This document shows, one piece after another, positions 24,881 through 36,250 of a stretch of DNA of 64,000 nucleotides; within the stretch, counting starts at the first letter, position 1, and each line of letters opens with the position of its first letter. The notes beneath the pieces were generated by a model. The model was not told where the DNA came from, made no database searches, and saw only the letters and a list, made by a program, of their open reading frames with translations. The translations under genes and the position numbers were made by a program. The stretch is from Mobula hypostoma (Eukaryota). The stretch lies in assembly GCF_963921235.1 (NCBI RefSeq), contig NC_086109.1:12710001-12774000 (forward strand), read 5' to 3'.

Positions 24881-25040
24881 ATTCAGTTGGACCTTTTAGA
24901 AACTAGACCAGATATCTTTATCGATTTCAACGTGACGCGATGTCACTGGTTTTGGAGGCAACATTCAGTTGGACCTCTTAGAAACTAGACCAGAGATCTT
25001 TATCAATTTCGACGTGACACGATGTCACTGGCTTTGGAGG
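24881..25040 (+). repeat. About 82-bp tandem duplication at the end of the transposase relic
   Basis: attcagttggacc...ggaggc repeated at 24881 and 24963. Confidence 0.85.
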
Positions 25041-26029
25041 AGGAATCATTCTCACAATGTCCTCAAACAGGTACCACAGCACAACATCTCTTAGTGGCCA
25101 GAAGAAACGGTTGATTCCTATGTGGTGCATGCACTATACCTGCACATGTGTCTCAGTGACTTCCTGAATGACTCCTGGGTAAATTTTACCATCGTATTTC
25201 ACAGCAGACCACTGGTCAATTAAATCAGGACCCACTGGAATTCGTCATCCTTGTTTTGTCTGCTTGAGGCAGCACAGGGTTTTTTGCTGAACTCTAAAAC
25301 TAAAGTTATTAGTGTTCTCATATGGACACTCAAAACTTTGTTTTATGGTGCAAGGGTAGCTTACATCTCGGTACGTGATTTCTCCTGGTGCCACTGTGAC
25401 TACCTGGTGATTCCACATAGTCGAGGGCACCATTGGCAGACTACTTGGCATATTTTTTGTAGCTTCTTTCACGAGATCCTCCTGGATGTAAAACACTTTC
25501 ACAGTTTCGTTGTTGGCCAAAGTGCTATAGAGGTGTTCCTCAGGTTGTTGGAAAACTTCACTGTCTGGGCCTCTGGTGGCGTAGCTAAGTTCACAAGCCG
25601 GCGCTTTTTCTCTCATTGTCTTTACTATACTTTCCTCCAATAGGCCCTCTTGCTTCTTTTTTGTCTCTCACTCATCTCTGTCACTGTTTTGACCTTGCCT
25701 TGTGCTCTGAGCCCATGCTATGCCTCTCTCTGCTTCTCCAAGTACGCTGACCATCTTGCAGGATCAGCATCCCGCCGAGCCCTATATCTCCGCTGCTTCT
25801 CAGCTGCTGATACCGTTTAAAATCATTGGCAAATATCCCTTTAATCCTCAGTCTCCTCTGGCACATACAGGCCTGAACTATGACAAAATATACTGATCTG
25901 TGGCAACTGGTCCATTATCATCAGTGAACAATGTTACCCAGTGGGGTCACGTCAACTATGTTACTCATGAGTTGGCCCTACTGGGTATCTTAGTGGACAG
26001 GTAACAGAATTGACAATTTCCCTATTTTA

Positions 26030-26500
26030 GCCCCTAATTTCAATGGTAGGCCTTGCATGGCTGACCAACAGAATCAACAAACTTATTCGTAAGGCCAGTG
26101 ATGTTGTGGGGATGGAACTGGACTCTCTCACGGCGGTGTCTGAAAAGAGGATGCTGTCTAAGTTGCATGCCATCTTGGTCAATGTCTCCCATCCACTACA
26201 TAATGTACTGGGTGGGCACAGGAGTACATTCAGCCAGAGACTCATTCCTCCAAGATGCAGCACAGAGTGTCATAGGAAGTCATTCCTGCCTGTGGCCATC
26301 AAACTTTACAACTCCTCCCTTGGAGGGTCAGACACCCTGTGCCGATAGGCTGGTCCTGGACTTATTTCATAATTTACTGGCATAATTTACATATTACTAT
26401 TTAACTATTGATGGTTCTATTACTATTTAGTATCTATGGTGCAACTGTAACAAAAACCAATTTCCCCCTGGGATCAATAAAGTGTGACTATGACTATGTC
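26030..26500 (+). mobile_element. Rex1/Babar-like LINE 3' end
   Basis: NRINKLIRKASDVVG...HPLH...FLPVAIKLYN; ends aataaagtgtgactatgactatg. Confidence 0.8.
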
Positions 26501-26571
26501 ACTTTCTTTATCAGGTTAACCTTAAATTTCAACATATATTTGAATTAAAATCAGAAAAGAACTGTAATATA

Positions 26572-29500
26572 GAAACATAGAAACATAGAAAATAGGTGCA
26601 GGAGTAGGCCATTCGGCCCTTCGAGCCTGCACCGCCATTTATTATGATCATGGCTGATCATCCAACTCAGAACCCAGCCTTCCCTCCATACCCCCTGACC
26701 CCTGTAGCCACAAGGGCCATATCTAACTTCCTTTTAAACATAGCTAATGAACTGGCCTCAACAGTTTGCTGTGGCAGAGAATTCCACAGATTCACCACTC
26801 TCTGTGTGAAGAAGTTTTTCCTAACCTCGGTCCTAAAAGGCTTCCCCTCTATCCTCAAACTGTGACCCCTCGTTCTAGACCTCCCCAACATCGGGAACAA
26901 TCTTCCTGCATCTAGCCTGTCCAATCCCTTTAGGATCTTATACGTTTCAATCAGATCCCCCCTCAATCTTCTAAATTCCAACGAGTACAAGCCCAGTTCA
27001 TCCAGTCTTTCTTCATATGAAAGACCTGCCATCCCAGGAATCAATCTGGTGAACCTTCTTTGTACTCCCTCTATGGCAAAGATGTCTTTCCTCAGATTAG
27101 GGGACCAAAACTGCACACAATACTCCAGGTGTGGTCTCACCAAGGCCTTGTACAACTGCAGTAGTACCTCCCTGCTCCTGTACTCGAATCCTCTCGCTAT
27201 AAATGCCAGCATACCGTTCGCCTTTTTCACCGCCTGCTGTACCTGCATGCCCACTTTCAATGACTGGTGTATAATGACACCCAGGTCTCGTTGCACCTCC
27301 CCTTTTCCTAATCGGCCACCATTCAGATAATAATCTGTTTTCCTATTTTTGCCACCAAAGTGGATAACTTCACATTTATCCACATTAAATTGCATCTGCC
27401 ATGAGTTTGCCCACTCACCCAACCTATCCAAGTCACCCTGCATCCTCTTAGCATCCTCCTCACTGCTAACACTGCCACCCAGCTTCGTGTCATCCGCAAA
27501 CTTGGAGATGCTGCATTTAATTCCCTCATCCAAGTCATTAATATATATTGTAAACAACTGGGGTCCCAGCACTGAGCCTTGCGGTACCCCACTAGTCACC
27601 GCCTGCCATTCTGAAAAGGTCCCGTTTATTCCCACTCTTTGCTTCCTGTCTGCTAACCAATTCTCCACCCACACCAATACCTTACCCCCAATACCGTGTG
27701 CTTTAAGTTTGCACACTAATCTCCTATGTGGGACCTTGTCAAAAGCCTTTTGAAAATCCAAATATACCACATCCACTGGTTCTCCCCTATCCACTCTACT
27801 AGTTACATCCTCAAAAAATTCTATGAGATTCGTCAGACATGATTTTCCTTTCACAAATCCATGCTGACTTTGTCCGATCATTTCACCGCTTTCCAAATGT
27901 GCTGTTATCACATCCTTGATAACTGACTCCAGCAGTTTCCCCACCACCGACGTTAGGCTAACCGGCCTATAATTCCCCGGTTTCTCTCTCCCTCCTTTTT
28001 TAAAAAGTGGGGTTACATTAGCCACCCTCCAATCCTCAGGAACTAGTCCAGAATCTAACGAGTTTTGAAAAATTATCACTAATGCATCCACTATTTCTTG
28101 GGCCACTTCCTTAAGCACTCTGGGATGCAGACCATCTGGCCCTGGGGATTTATCTGCCTTCAATCCCTTCAATTTACCTAACACCACTTCCCTACTAACA
28201 TGTATTTCGCTCAGTTCCTCCATCTCACTGGACCCTCTGTCCCTTACTATTTCTGGAAGATTATTTATGTCCTCCTTAGTGAAGACAGAACCAAAGTAAT
28301 TATTCAATTGGTCTGCCATGTCCTTGCTCCCCATAATCAATTCACCTGTTTCTGTTTGCAGGGGACCTACATTTGTCTTTATCAGTCTTTTCCTTTTTAC
28401 ATATCTATAAAAGCTTTTACAGTCCGTTTTTATGTTCTCTGCCAGTTTTCTCTCATAATCTTTTTTCCCCTTCCTAATTAAGCCCTTTGTCCTCCTCTGC
28501 TGAACTCTGAATTTCTCCCAGTCCTCAGGTGAGCCACTTTCTCTGGCTAATTTGTATGCTACTTCTTTGGAATTGATACTATCCCTAATTTCTCTTGTCA
28601 GCCACGGGTGCACTACCTTCCTTGATTTATTCTTTTGCCAAACTGGGATGAACAATTGTTGTAGTTCATCCATGCAACCTTTAAATGCCTGCCATTGCAT
28701 ATCCACCGTCAATCCTTGAAGTGTCATTTGCCAGTCTATCTTAGCTAATTCATGTCTCATACCTTCAAAGTTACCCCTCTTTAAGTTCAGAACCTTTGTT
28801 TCTGAATTAACTACGTCACTCTCCATGTTAATGAAGAATTCCACCATATTATGGTCACTCTTACCCAAGGGGCCTCTCACGACAAGATCGCTAATTAACC
28901 CTTCCTCATTGCTCAAAACCCAGTCCAGAATAGCCTGCTCTCTAGTCGGTTCCTCGACATGTTGGTTCAAAAAACCATCCCGCATACATTCCAAGAAATC
29001 CTCTTCCTCAGCACCTTTACCAATTTGGTTCACCCAGTCTACATGTAGATTGAAGTCACCCATTATAACTGCTGTTCCTTTATTGCACACATTTCTAATT
29101 TCCTGTTTAATACCATCTCCGACCTCACTACTACTGTTAGGTGGCCTGTACACAACTCCCACCAGCGTCTTCTGCCCCTTAGTGTTACGCAGCTCTACCC
29201 ATATCGATTCCACATCTTCCCGGCTTATGTCCTTCCTTTCTATTGCGTTAATCTCTTTTTTAACCAGCAACGCCACCCCACCTCCCCTTCCTTCGTGTCT
29301 ATCCCTCCTGAATATTGAATATCCCTGAACGTTGAGCTCCCATCCCTGGTCACCCTGGAGCCATGTCTCTGTGATCCCAACTATATCATAATCATTAATA
29401 ACAATCTGCACTTTCAATTCATCCACCTTATTACGAATGCTCCTTGCATTGACACATAAAGCCTTCAGGCACTCTTTTACAACTCTCTTAGCCCTTTTTA

Positions 29501-29883
29501 ATGCTTGCCCTGGATTTGTCGGCCTGCCACTTTTACTTTTCCCCTTTGTACTTTTTGCTTCTACGCTCACTTTACACCCCTCTGTCTCTCTGCACTGGTT
29601 CCCATCCCTCTGTTGTGAACTAACCTCCTCACACCTAGCCGCTTTAATTTGATTCCCACCCCCCAACCATTCTAGTTTAAAGTCACCTCAGTAGCCCCCG
29701 CTAATCTCCCTGCCAGGATATTGGTCCCCCGAGGATTTAAGTGTAACCCGTCCTTTTTGTACAGGTCACACCTGCGCCAAAAGAGGTCCCAATGATCCAA
29801 AAACTTGAATCCCTGCCCCCTGCTCCAATCCCTCAGCCACGCATTTATCCTCCACCTCATCGCATTCCTACTCTCACTGTCGC
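26572..29883 (-). mobile_element. CR1/HER1-like LINE with intact ORF2, 5'-truncated in ORF1
   Basis: (CATAGAAA)n tail at 26572; ORF2 below; ORF1 SGNH/esterase C-terminus ..DHWDLF..DGLHLN at 29672-29883. Confidence 0.95.
26667..29666 (-). CDS. CR1 ORF2: APE endonuclease plus reverse transcriptase, 999 aa, uninterrupted
   Basis: VNARS, GITETW, GDFN, SDHN (EN); SPGPDG, YLDFQKAFD, QGSVLGP, FADDTK (RT). Confidence 0.95.
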   Translation of the reverse strand: MGGGNQIKAARCEEVSSQQRDGNQCRETEGCKVSVEAKSTKGKSKSGRPTNPGQALKRAKRVVKECLKALCVNARSIRNKVDELKVQIVINDYDIVGITETWLQGDQGWELNVQGYSIFRRDRHEGRGGGVALLVKKEINAIERKDISREDVESIWVELRNTKGQKTLVGVVYRPPNSSSEVGDGIKQEIRNVCNKGTAVIMGDFNLHVDWVNQIGKGAEEEDFLECMRDGFLNQHVEEPTREQAILDWVLSNEEGLISDLVVRGPLGKSDHNMVEFFINMESDVVNSETKVLNLKRGNFEGMRHELAKIDWQMTLQGLTVDMQWQAFKGCMDELQQLFIPVWQKNKSRKVVHPWLTREIRDSINSKEVAYKLARESGSPEDWEKFRVQQRRTKGLIRKGKKDYERKLAENIKTDCKSFYRYVKRKRLIKTNVGPLQTETGELIMGSKDMADQLNNYFGSVFTKEDINNLPEIVRDRGSSEMEELSEIHVSREVVLGKLKGLKADKSPGPDGLHPRVLKEVAQEIVDALVIIFQNSLDSGLVPEDWRVANVTPLFKKGGREKPGNYRPVSLTSVVGKLLESVIKDVITAHLESGEMIGQSQHGFVKGKSCLTNLIEFFEDVTSRVDRGEPVDVVYLDFQKAFDKVPHRRLVCKLKAHGIGGKVLVWVENWLADRKQRVGINGTFSEWQAVTSGVPQGSVLGPQLFTIYINDLDEGIKCSISKFADDTKLGGSVSSEEDAKRMQGDLDRLGEWANSWQMQFNVDKCEVIHFGGKNRKTDYYLNGGRLGKGEVQRDLGVIIHQSLKVGMQVQQAVKKANGMLAFIARGFEYRSREVLLQLYKALVRPHLEYCVQFWSPNLRKDIFAIEGVQRRFTRLIPGMAGLSYEERLDELGLYSLEFRRLRGDLIETYKILKGLDRLDAGRLFPMLGRSRTRGHSLRIEGKPFRTEVRKNFFTQRVVNLWNSLPQQTVEASSLAMFKRKLDMALVATGVRGYGGKAGF

Positions 29884-30910
29884 GTGTCAGATTGGAGGAT
29901 GGTGTATAGCGGTCTGCCTCAGGGATCTGTACTAGGTCCATTGTTGTTTGTCATATATATTAATGATCTGGATGATGGGGTGGTAAATTGGATGAGTAAG
30001 TATACAGATGATACTAAGATAGGTGGCGTTGTGGATAATGAAGTAGGTTTTCAAAGCTTGCAGAGAGATTTAAACCAGTTGGAAGAGTGGGCTGAAAGAT
30101 GGCAGATGTAGTTTAATGCTGAAAAAATGTGAGGTGCTACATTTTGGTAGCACTAATCAAAATAGGACATACATGGTAAATGGTAGAGCATTGAAGAATG
30201 CTGTAGAACAGAGGGATCTAGGAATAATGGTGCATAGTTCCCTGAAGGTGGAATCTCATGTGGATAGGGTGGTGAAGAAAGCTTTTGGTATGCTGGCCTT
30301 TATAAATCAGAGCATTGAGTATAGGAGTTGGGATGTAATGTTGAAATTGTATAAGGCATTGGTAAGGCCAAATTTGGAGTATTGTGTACAGCTTTGGTCA
30401 CTGAATTATAGGAAAGATGTCAATAAAATTGAGAGAGTACAGAGGAGATTAACTAAAATGTTGTCTGGGTTTCATCTCCTAAGTTACAGAGAAAGTTTGA
30501 ACAAGTTAGTTCTTTATTCTTTGGAGCATAGAAGGTTGAGGGGGGACTTGATAGAGGTATTTAAAATTATGAGGGGGATTGTTCGAGTTGACATGGATAG
30601 GCTTTTTCCATTGAGAGTGGGGGAAGATTCAAACAAGAGGACATGAATTGAGAGTTAAAGGGCAAAAGTTTAGAGGTAACATGAGGGGGAACTTCTTTAC
30701 TCAGAGAGTGGTAGCTGTGTGGAATTAGCTTCCAGCAGAAGTGGTTGAGGCAGGTTCGATGTTGTTCTTTAAAGTTAAATTGGATAGATATATGGACAGG
30801 AAAGGAATGGAGGGTTATGGGCTGAGTGCAGGTCGGTGGGACTAGGTGAGAGTAAGAGTTCGGCACGGACTAGAATGGCCGAGATGGCCTGTTTCCGTGC
30901 CATATGGTTA
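29884..30910 (+). mobile_element. 5'-truncated CR1 of a second subfamily
   Basis: PQGSVLGPLLFVIYINDLD, YTDDTK, LVRPNLEYC; stop at about 30109; own 3' UTR to about 30910. Confidence 0.9.
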
Positions 30911-31452
30911 TACTCCTTGACCATGCGCTATTACAGATAAAATATTTAAAAAAATGAGAGGACACTCACCAGAATGTATTCAAAATGGCCACCACTGAGA
31001 GAAATGGCATCCTGTGATGCTGGTCACATGGTTTTGGGACAAACCATTTTTCAGTTACAGGGGGGTGTTCTGTTAGTAACATAGTTGACAGAACTTTTAA
31101 GGACAATAATAGACTGAGATATTTATTTCATTTAAATGTGAAACTCAATTTAAAAAACTATTTTTCTAAAGTATTTAGAATTTTAAGATAAATAACAAAT
31201 AGATAATGCTAACTTTAATGGTTTTTAATCATTATTTTGTGGCCAAAATCCACTCAATTGTAAAACGGACATTGCAAAAGCTGTCAACTTAGGAACAGCA
31301 TGACATATTCGAGCTAAGTGAAACATAGTGTGCTCAAAATGTTTGTCTGATTTTATAATATGCTTTCCTTTAATTGGTAAAATGATAATTTTGAAGAAAG
31401 TAGTTAGAAAAAATATCATTATCATCAATGGACATGAAATGTACCCTGAATT

Positions 31453-31454
<2 letters not shown>

Positions 31455-31521
<67 letters not shown>
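31455..31521 (+). repeat. (TG)n microsatellite at the transposon/LTR junction
   Basis: About 33 perfect TG units. Confidence 0.97.
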
Positions 31522-31522
<1 letters not shown>

Positions 31523-31777
31523 GCTCACACCCTTGTCTGCATCCCTGCTTTGCCTCACTCTGCTGCCCGCCTACACTCTGCGCTGGCTCAGTGGTTAAAC
31601 GCCGGGCTCTCACCAGGTTCCTGGGTTCGATCCCCGGTCAAGCCTCACTCTCTCCTCTGCTTTCCTCAGCCTAATGCTCACTCCCCGGCCTTCCCTGCAA
31701 CCATTAATAAACACTCTACAGATTACTCTACCTCCGCGTCAGTGTTCTGCATTTGGGTTCACCTGTTCGACGTAACA
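31522..31777 (+). repeat. 3' portion of the Gypsy 3' LTR
   Basis: About 85% similar by eye to 20714-20972; ends gacgtaaca. Confidence 0.88.
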
Positions 31778-31819
31778 CAAGATCCAATTAGAATGCGCAT
31801 CGACAACAATCAATAGCAT

Positions 31820-33200
31820 CCGACATCCAATGCATCTGCGCAGTCTATGTGTAAACTTCTCCAGGTTTGATGGGCCAATGCCATGGAACCATCAGTACGG
31901 GAGTGTTTAAAGGCGGAGACTGCTGGCATGGGTCACATACACAAACAGTGTGTTGAAATTTGGCTACCAAACATAATTCTGGGCTAGCGCCTTGATAAGT
32001 GATATTCCTTGATGCGCGGGATGTAACTCTCCCAAGATAGGATACAGTAATCATGTCCGAATGACAACACGACTTCCCCCACAAAAGACAACCGTCGTAG
32101 ATGCTCAGCTCATTTTGACGTTTGGCATCGGGTGGCACAGTTTAGGGCACATTAGTTGGCCATTTACCTTCTACGTAGCTTTTTACTTGTATCAATGTTA
32201 CATCTCGCTGAGTCTCTTTTTTTACCTGAGATCGGAGATGCATTCCTGTTATAACAAGCAAATGAAGTGAACCCAAGTGCAGGGCACAGGCATGGAGAAT
32301 GAGTTAGGCTGCTTACGCGGACGGGAACGTTGAACAGCAAACAGGAGGGATCTTGACACAGAGAGATGGAGTTTCATAGGGAAACCTTGAAACTGGAGCA
32401 GAACTTAGAACACATGGACCTAAGCGGCCGGGAAACGTTAATTACCACACAGGCAAAACCAACAATCTGGCAACTAGTGGTTGTAACGCTGGGGTTCTTA
32501 TGCTGCAGGTCCTGATGGAAACCAGCTGTGTCATCATCAAAGAGAATTAGGAGCAAATGGGAAATTAACAGTCGGAGTCATGGCACAATCAAAGTAAATT
32601 ACATGAAAATAGGGAATTAACGATCGGGAGCGTGACAGTTCCTCAGTCCATCAGTAGCACCAATTCTCCCGGGAGTTCTAACTCGTGAGAATATTCACGT
32701 AACAGAAGGCGGCTTAAAATGGCAGCGCAATTGCTTCTACAGCAAACTTAGGATATTGTGTACTGAAGAGCGGACTGTGCAGAACGGCCTTGCTCTCTCC
32801 AAGCAATCCCTCCAATGGCTTGTGATCCGTACGAATTTCGAAACGTTGGCCGTACAGGTAATGGTGAAAACAACTGCCAGTGCTTCCTTGTCCAACTGTG
32901 CATAGATTCGTTCCACTGGGTTAAGGGTGCGTGACTCAGGGCGACAGGCTTTTCATCTCTGTCTGTATCCTTCTGGGTTAGCACTGCAACAACACCATAC
33001 GGGGAGACAAAGCTATTGGCGCGCCGGGTCTGAAGTGCATTAATGCTTGCGATTGAGTCAGCACGTGTTTCCGTCTCTGGAAAGCAAATTCTTCTGCCCG
33101 CTCCCAACACCACATCGTACCTTTCTTCAAGACAGCATTAAGCGCAGCCGACGCAGGGCTGGGTGAGGCAAAAATCTGGCATGATTCAATGTGCTCAAAA
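31820..33200 (-). mobile_element. Decayed Gypsy-type pol fragment (RNase H and integrase zinc-finger region)
   Basis: Minus reading ..SPYGVVAVL..EKPVALS.., W..AEEFAFQRRKHVL..ALMHF, H..HPGI..IKALA. Confidence 0.6.
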
Positions 33201-33261
33201 CGTGCGAAGTTCATGGGGCTTTAAGAATGGGGCAAAGCTCTTCTTTGGAATCCAGGCAAAA

Positions 33262-33530
33262 ACACAAACACAAGGAAATCTGCAGATGCTGGAAATTCAA
33301 GCAACACCCACAAAATGCTGGTGGAACGCAGCAAGCCAGGCAGCACCTATAGGAAGAGGTACAGTCGACGTTTCGGGCCAAGACGCTTCGTCAGGACTAA
33401 CTAAAAGAAGAGCTAATAAGAGATTTGAAAGTGGGAGGGGGAGGGGGAGATCTGAAATGATAGGAGAAGACAGGAGGGGGAGGGATGGAGCCAAGAGCTG
33501 GAAAGTTGATTGGCAAAAGGGATACGAGGC
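33262..33530 (-). mobile_element. Penelope-like terminal repeat with hammerhead-like motif at 33363-33398
   Basis: Reverse complement reads AGTC-CTGACGA-AGCGTCTTGGCCC-GAA-ACGT-C-GACT. Confidence 0.8.
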
Positions 33531-33534
33531 ATTT

Positions 33535-34512
33535 GTAATAAATAGTATGTACAACAGGACAGTCAATATAGCATAGACATACAATTGTATCAGCATGAAT
33601 TAATCTGTCTCATGGCCTAATGGAAGAAGCTGTCCCAGAACAGTTTGTGGTTAGAGTGACTTGGGTCCCTAATGATCCTACGGACCCTTTTTATGCACCT
33701 ATCACTGTAAATATCCTGGATATTGGGAAGTTCACATCCACAGATGTGCTGGGCTGTCCACACCACTCTCTGCAGAGTCCTGTGATTGAGGGAGTTACAG
33801 TTCCCATACCAGGCAGTGATGCCCCCAGTCAGAATGCTCTCAATTGTGTCCCTGTAGAAAGTCCTGAGGATTTGGGGACCCATGCCAAACTTCTTCAACC
33901 ATCTGAGGTGAAAGAGGTGCTGTCCTGCTTTTTACGCCACACAGCCAGTATGTACAGACCACTTGAGATTCTTGGTGATGTGTATGCCAAGGAACTTAAT
34001 GCTGTTTACCCTCCCAACCCCAGATCCATTGATGTCAATAGTGGTTAGCCTGTGTCCATTCCTCCTATAGTCCACAACCAGCTCCTTTGTTTTTGCGACA
34101 TCGAGGGAGAGGTTGTTTTCTTGACACCAGTGTCAGGGTGATGACATCCCTGTAGGCTGTCTTGTTATTATTTGAGATAAGGCCAATCAATATAGTATCA
34201 TCTGCAAATACAATTAGCAGATTGGAGCTGTAGGTGACAACACAGTCATGGGTATACAGAGAGTAAAGGAGGGGGCTTAGGACACAGCCCTGAGGGGCTC
34301 TTGTGTTGAGGGTCAGAGGGGCAGAGATGAGGGAACCCCCTTTTACCACCTGCCGGCGAACTAACAGGAAGTCCAGGATCCAGCTGCACAAGGCAGGGTG
34401 AAGGCTGAGGTCTCTGAGTATCTTGTCAAGCCTGGAGGGAATTATGGTGTTGAATGCCGAACTGTGGTCCAAGAACAGTATTCTCACCTCAGCACCCCTC
34501 TTCTCCAGGTGT
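33535..34512 (-). mobile_element. Rex1/Babar-like LINE RT fragment
   Basis: RILFLDHSSAFNTIIP, PQGCVLSPLLYSLYTHD, FADD, FYRDTIESILTGGITAWYGN. Confidence 0.88.
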
Positions 34513-34651
34513 GTAAGTACGCTGCCACATGATTGGCTAATTAGATATTTGCATTTACAAACAGGTGAACAAGTGTACCTAATAAAGTGGCAGAGGAGTT
34601 ATTGATTTCATATGTTCATTTAGTGTCTGATTGTTGAATTCCTTTCCACAG

Positions 34652-34972
34652 AACCTGTGTCTTCTTCTGTGCTTCGATATCTGTCAACAGCAAATGTTTC
34701 ATTTCTCGGGGACTCAGTGTCAGTTTCCTGTGAGTCCTTGCAGGGATCCCTTCCCATTCAGTACACATGGTATGAAATAACCTCATCTGGGTATCCAACA
34801 GTATCAGGCACCAACGAAGTGGCTCGACGTTGTCAATCCTTCAAACACAAGTACCATCTGTATTACTGCAGTGCCTGGAATTGGCTTGGAGCAAGATCCA
34901 GTTCAATGGTTAAAGTGACAGTCTTCAGCTACAAAGAGATCTCCAGTTATGTGACAGAAATCAATGGCACCA
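34652..34972 (+). pseudogene. Orphan Ig C2-type exon of a CD300/MDIR-like gene (open frame, no upstream leader or V exon found)
   Basis: Acceptor tttccacag, donor gtaagt, 321 nt, phase 1-1; VSCES...WY...YYC Ig pattern; about 70% aa identity (by-eye count) to exon 56385-56705, with homologous flanking introns. Confidence 0.75.
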
Positions 34973-35299
34973 GTAAGTTCTCCTTTCAAGAGAAGATACA
35001 CGTAAATATTTCTCTTGTTACATTGTTACTGCTGCTCTTATATTTCCAGTGACTGTAAGGAATTTCTTTGCATTTTTAGAAGCTACACATTGCTACCTCC
35101 ATGGGGTAGAAATAAGTGCAGTGAACAGTTTAGTTTGGCATTTCCTCCTGGAAAATGTGGAGCATTTCAGACATAGGTGGACTTGCACATCCAGACAAAT
35201 TGAGAGTATTGTTTTCATATTTCTGGATTCTGCATTGAAGATGCTAGAATGGATATCGAGTTGTGAGACATTGACACTATCATAAAAACAAAAGAAACA

Positions 35300-36250
35300 T
35301 CATGTTATATATCAAATATTAGTGGTAAGTTAGAGAATTGAGAAACTTAAAAACCAACAGAAGGCAACAAGAAAAGCTATGAGGAGAGAAAAAATGAAAT
35401 ATGAAGGAAGTATATGAAGCCAATATATATAAGAGGACACCAGAAGTTTTTCAGATATATGAAGAGTAAACAGGAAGCATGAACAGATATCAGACCACTG
35501 GATAATGACGCTGGAGAAATAATAATAAGAGACAAAGAAATAGTGGACGAACTAGACTTGGATTGTGGTCCTCTCATTATATGAAGGATGTGGTTGCTTT
35601 AGAGAGGATGCAGAGGAGATTCTCATTTTCAACCAACAACAAATATTTACTCAGCTTAAGTGCATTTTCAATCATGGGATAAACAGATCAAAGGTCAATT
35701 AGCAATAAAAAAAAAACGATGGGTTTTGAGTAAAGTGAGAGAGATGCACCTTACGATAGCCAATGTGGTGTTACATTATCAATTGTTGAGAACCTCACAG
35801 TTGTTCCTGAACCCTGCCCAGGACTCAAGCTGTGGATTCAGCTGAAATATTCTTTGCTTCAATGATCTTACAGAGAGGGATAAAATGAGGGGCACAGAAA
35901 GAGTAAATTGACACAATCATTTTTTCCTGGGAAAGTAATGCCTGATGAATCAGTTATTCTTGGATGCTGGCTACTTGAACTTTAGCAAAGTTTCCAGCAA
36001 GGTTCCAGAAGTTTGGCTGATCGGGAAAGCTGGGTCCCATGGAATCCAGGGAGAGATAACTAGGAGGATTCAATTGCTTGAGGTAGGAAGCAGAGGTGAT
36101 GCTTGAAGGCTGTTTCTTGGAATGGAGGGTGGTGACTCGTGTCATGCCACAAGGATCAGTGTCGGGGCCCTTGTTATTCTGTATTTATTTGTTTGGATGC
36201 AAATGCATAAGTAAATCTGTGGAGGGCACAACATTAGGGAATGTCGTTGG
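35300..36250. mobile_element. Degenerate CR1 fragments on both strands
   Basis: WRVVTRVMPQGSVSGPLLF (36096-36287 +) and short minus pieces. Confidence 0.55.

Larger units (their letters stand above)
23890..31450 (-). mobile_element. Non-autonomous cut-and-paste DNA transposon (Sola2-like, tentative), interrupted by LINEs at 26030-30910
   Basis: Minus-strand transposase N-terminus SAAEKQRRYRARRDADP (about 25700-25810) runs into C-terminal HQVVTVAPGEITYRDVS and VKYDGKIYPG..NRFFWP; repeated gtcaactatgttac motifs at 23958, 24298, 25951, 31077. Confidence 0.55.
20354..31777 (+). mobile_element. Ty3/Gypsy (Sushi/Tf1-type) LTR retrotransposon, internally deleted, with nested insertions
   Basis: 5' LTR TG..CA 20354-20972; gag, protease, PPT; 3' LTR split into 23791-23860 and 31522-31777; flanks CATGA/CAAGA (5-bp TSD, one mismatch). 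Confidence 0.85.

Noticed and set aside
25251-25643. 130-aa plus-strand ORF
   Set aside because: Antisense shadow of the minus-strand transposase relic.
31328-31816. 162-aa ORF with a Cys-Val repeat
   Set aside because: Artefact of the (TG)n microsatellite and LTR sequence.
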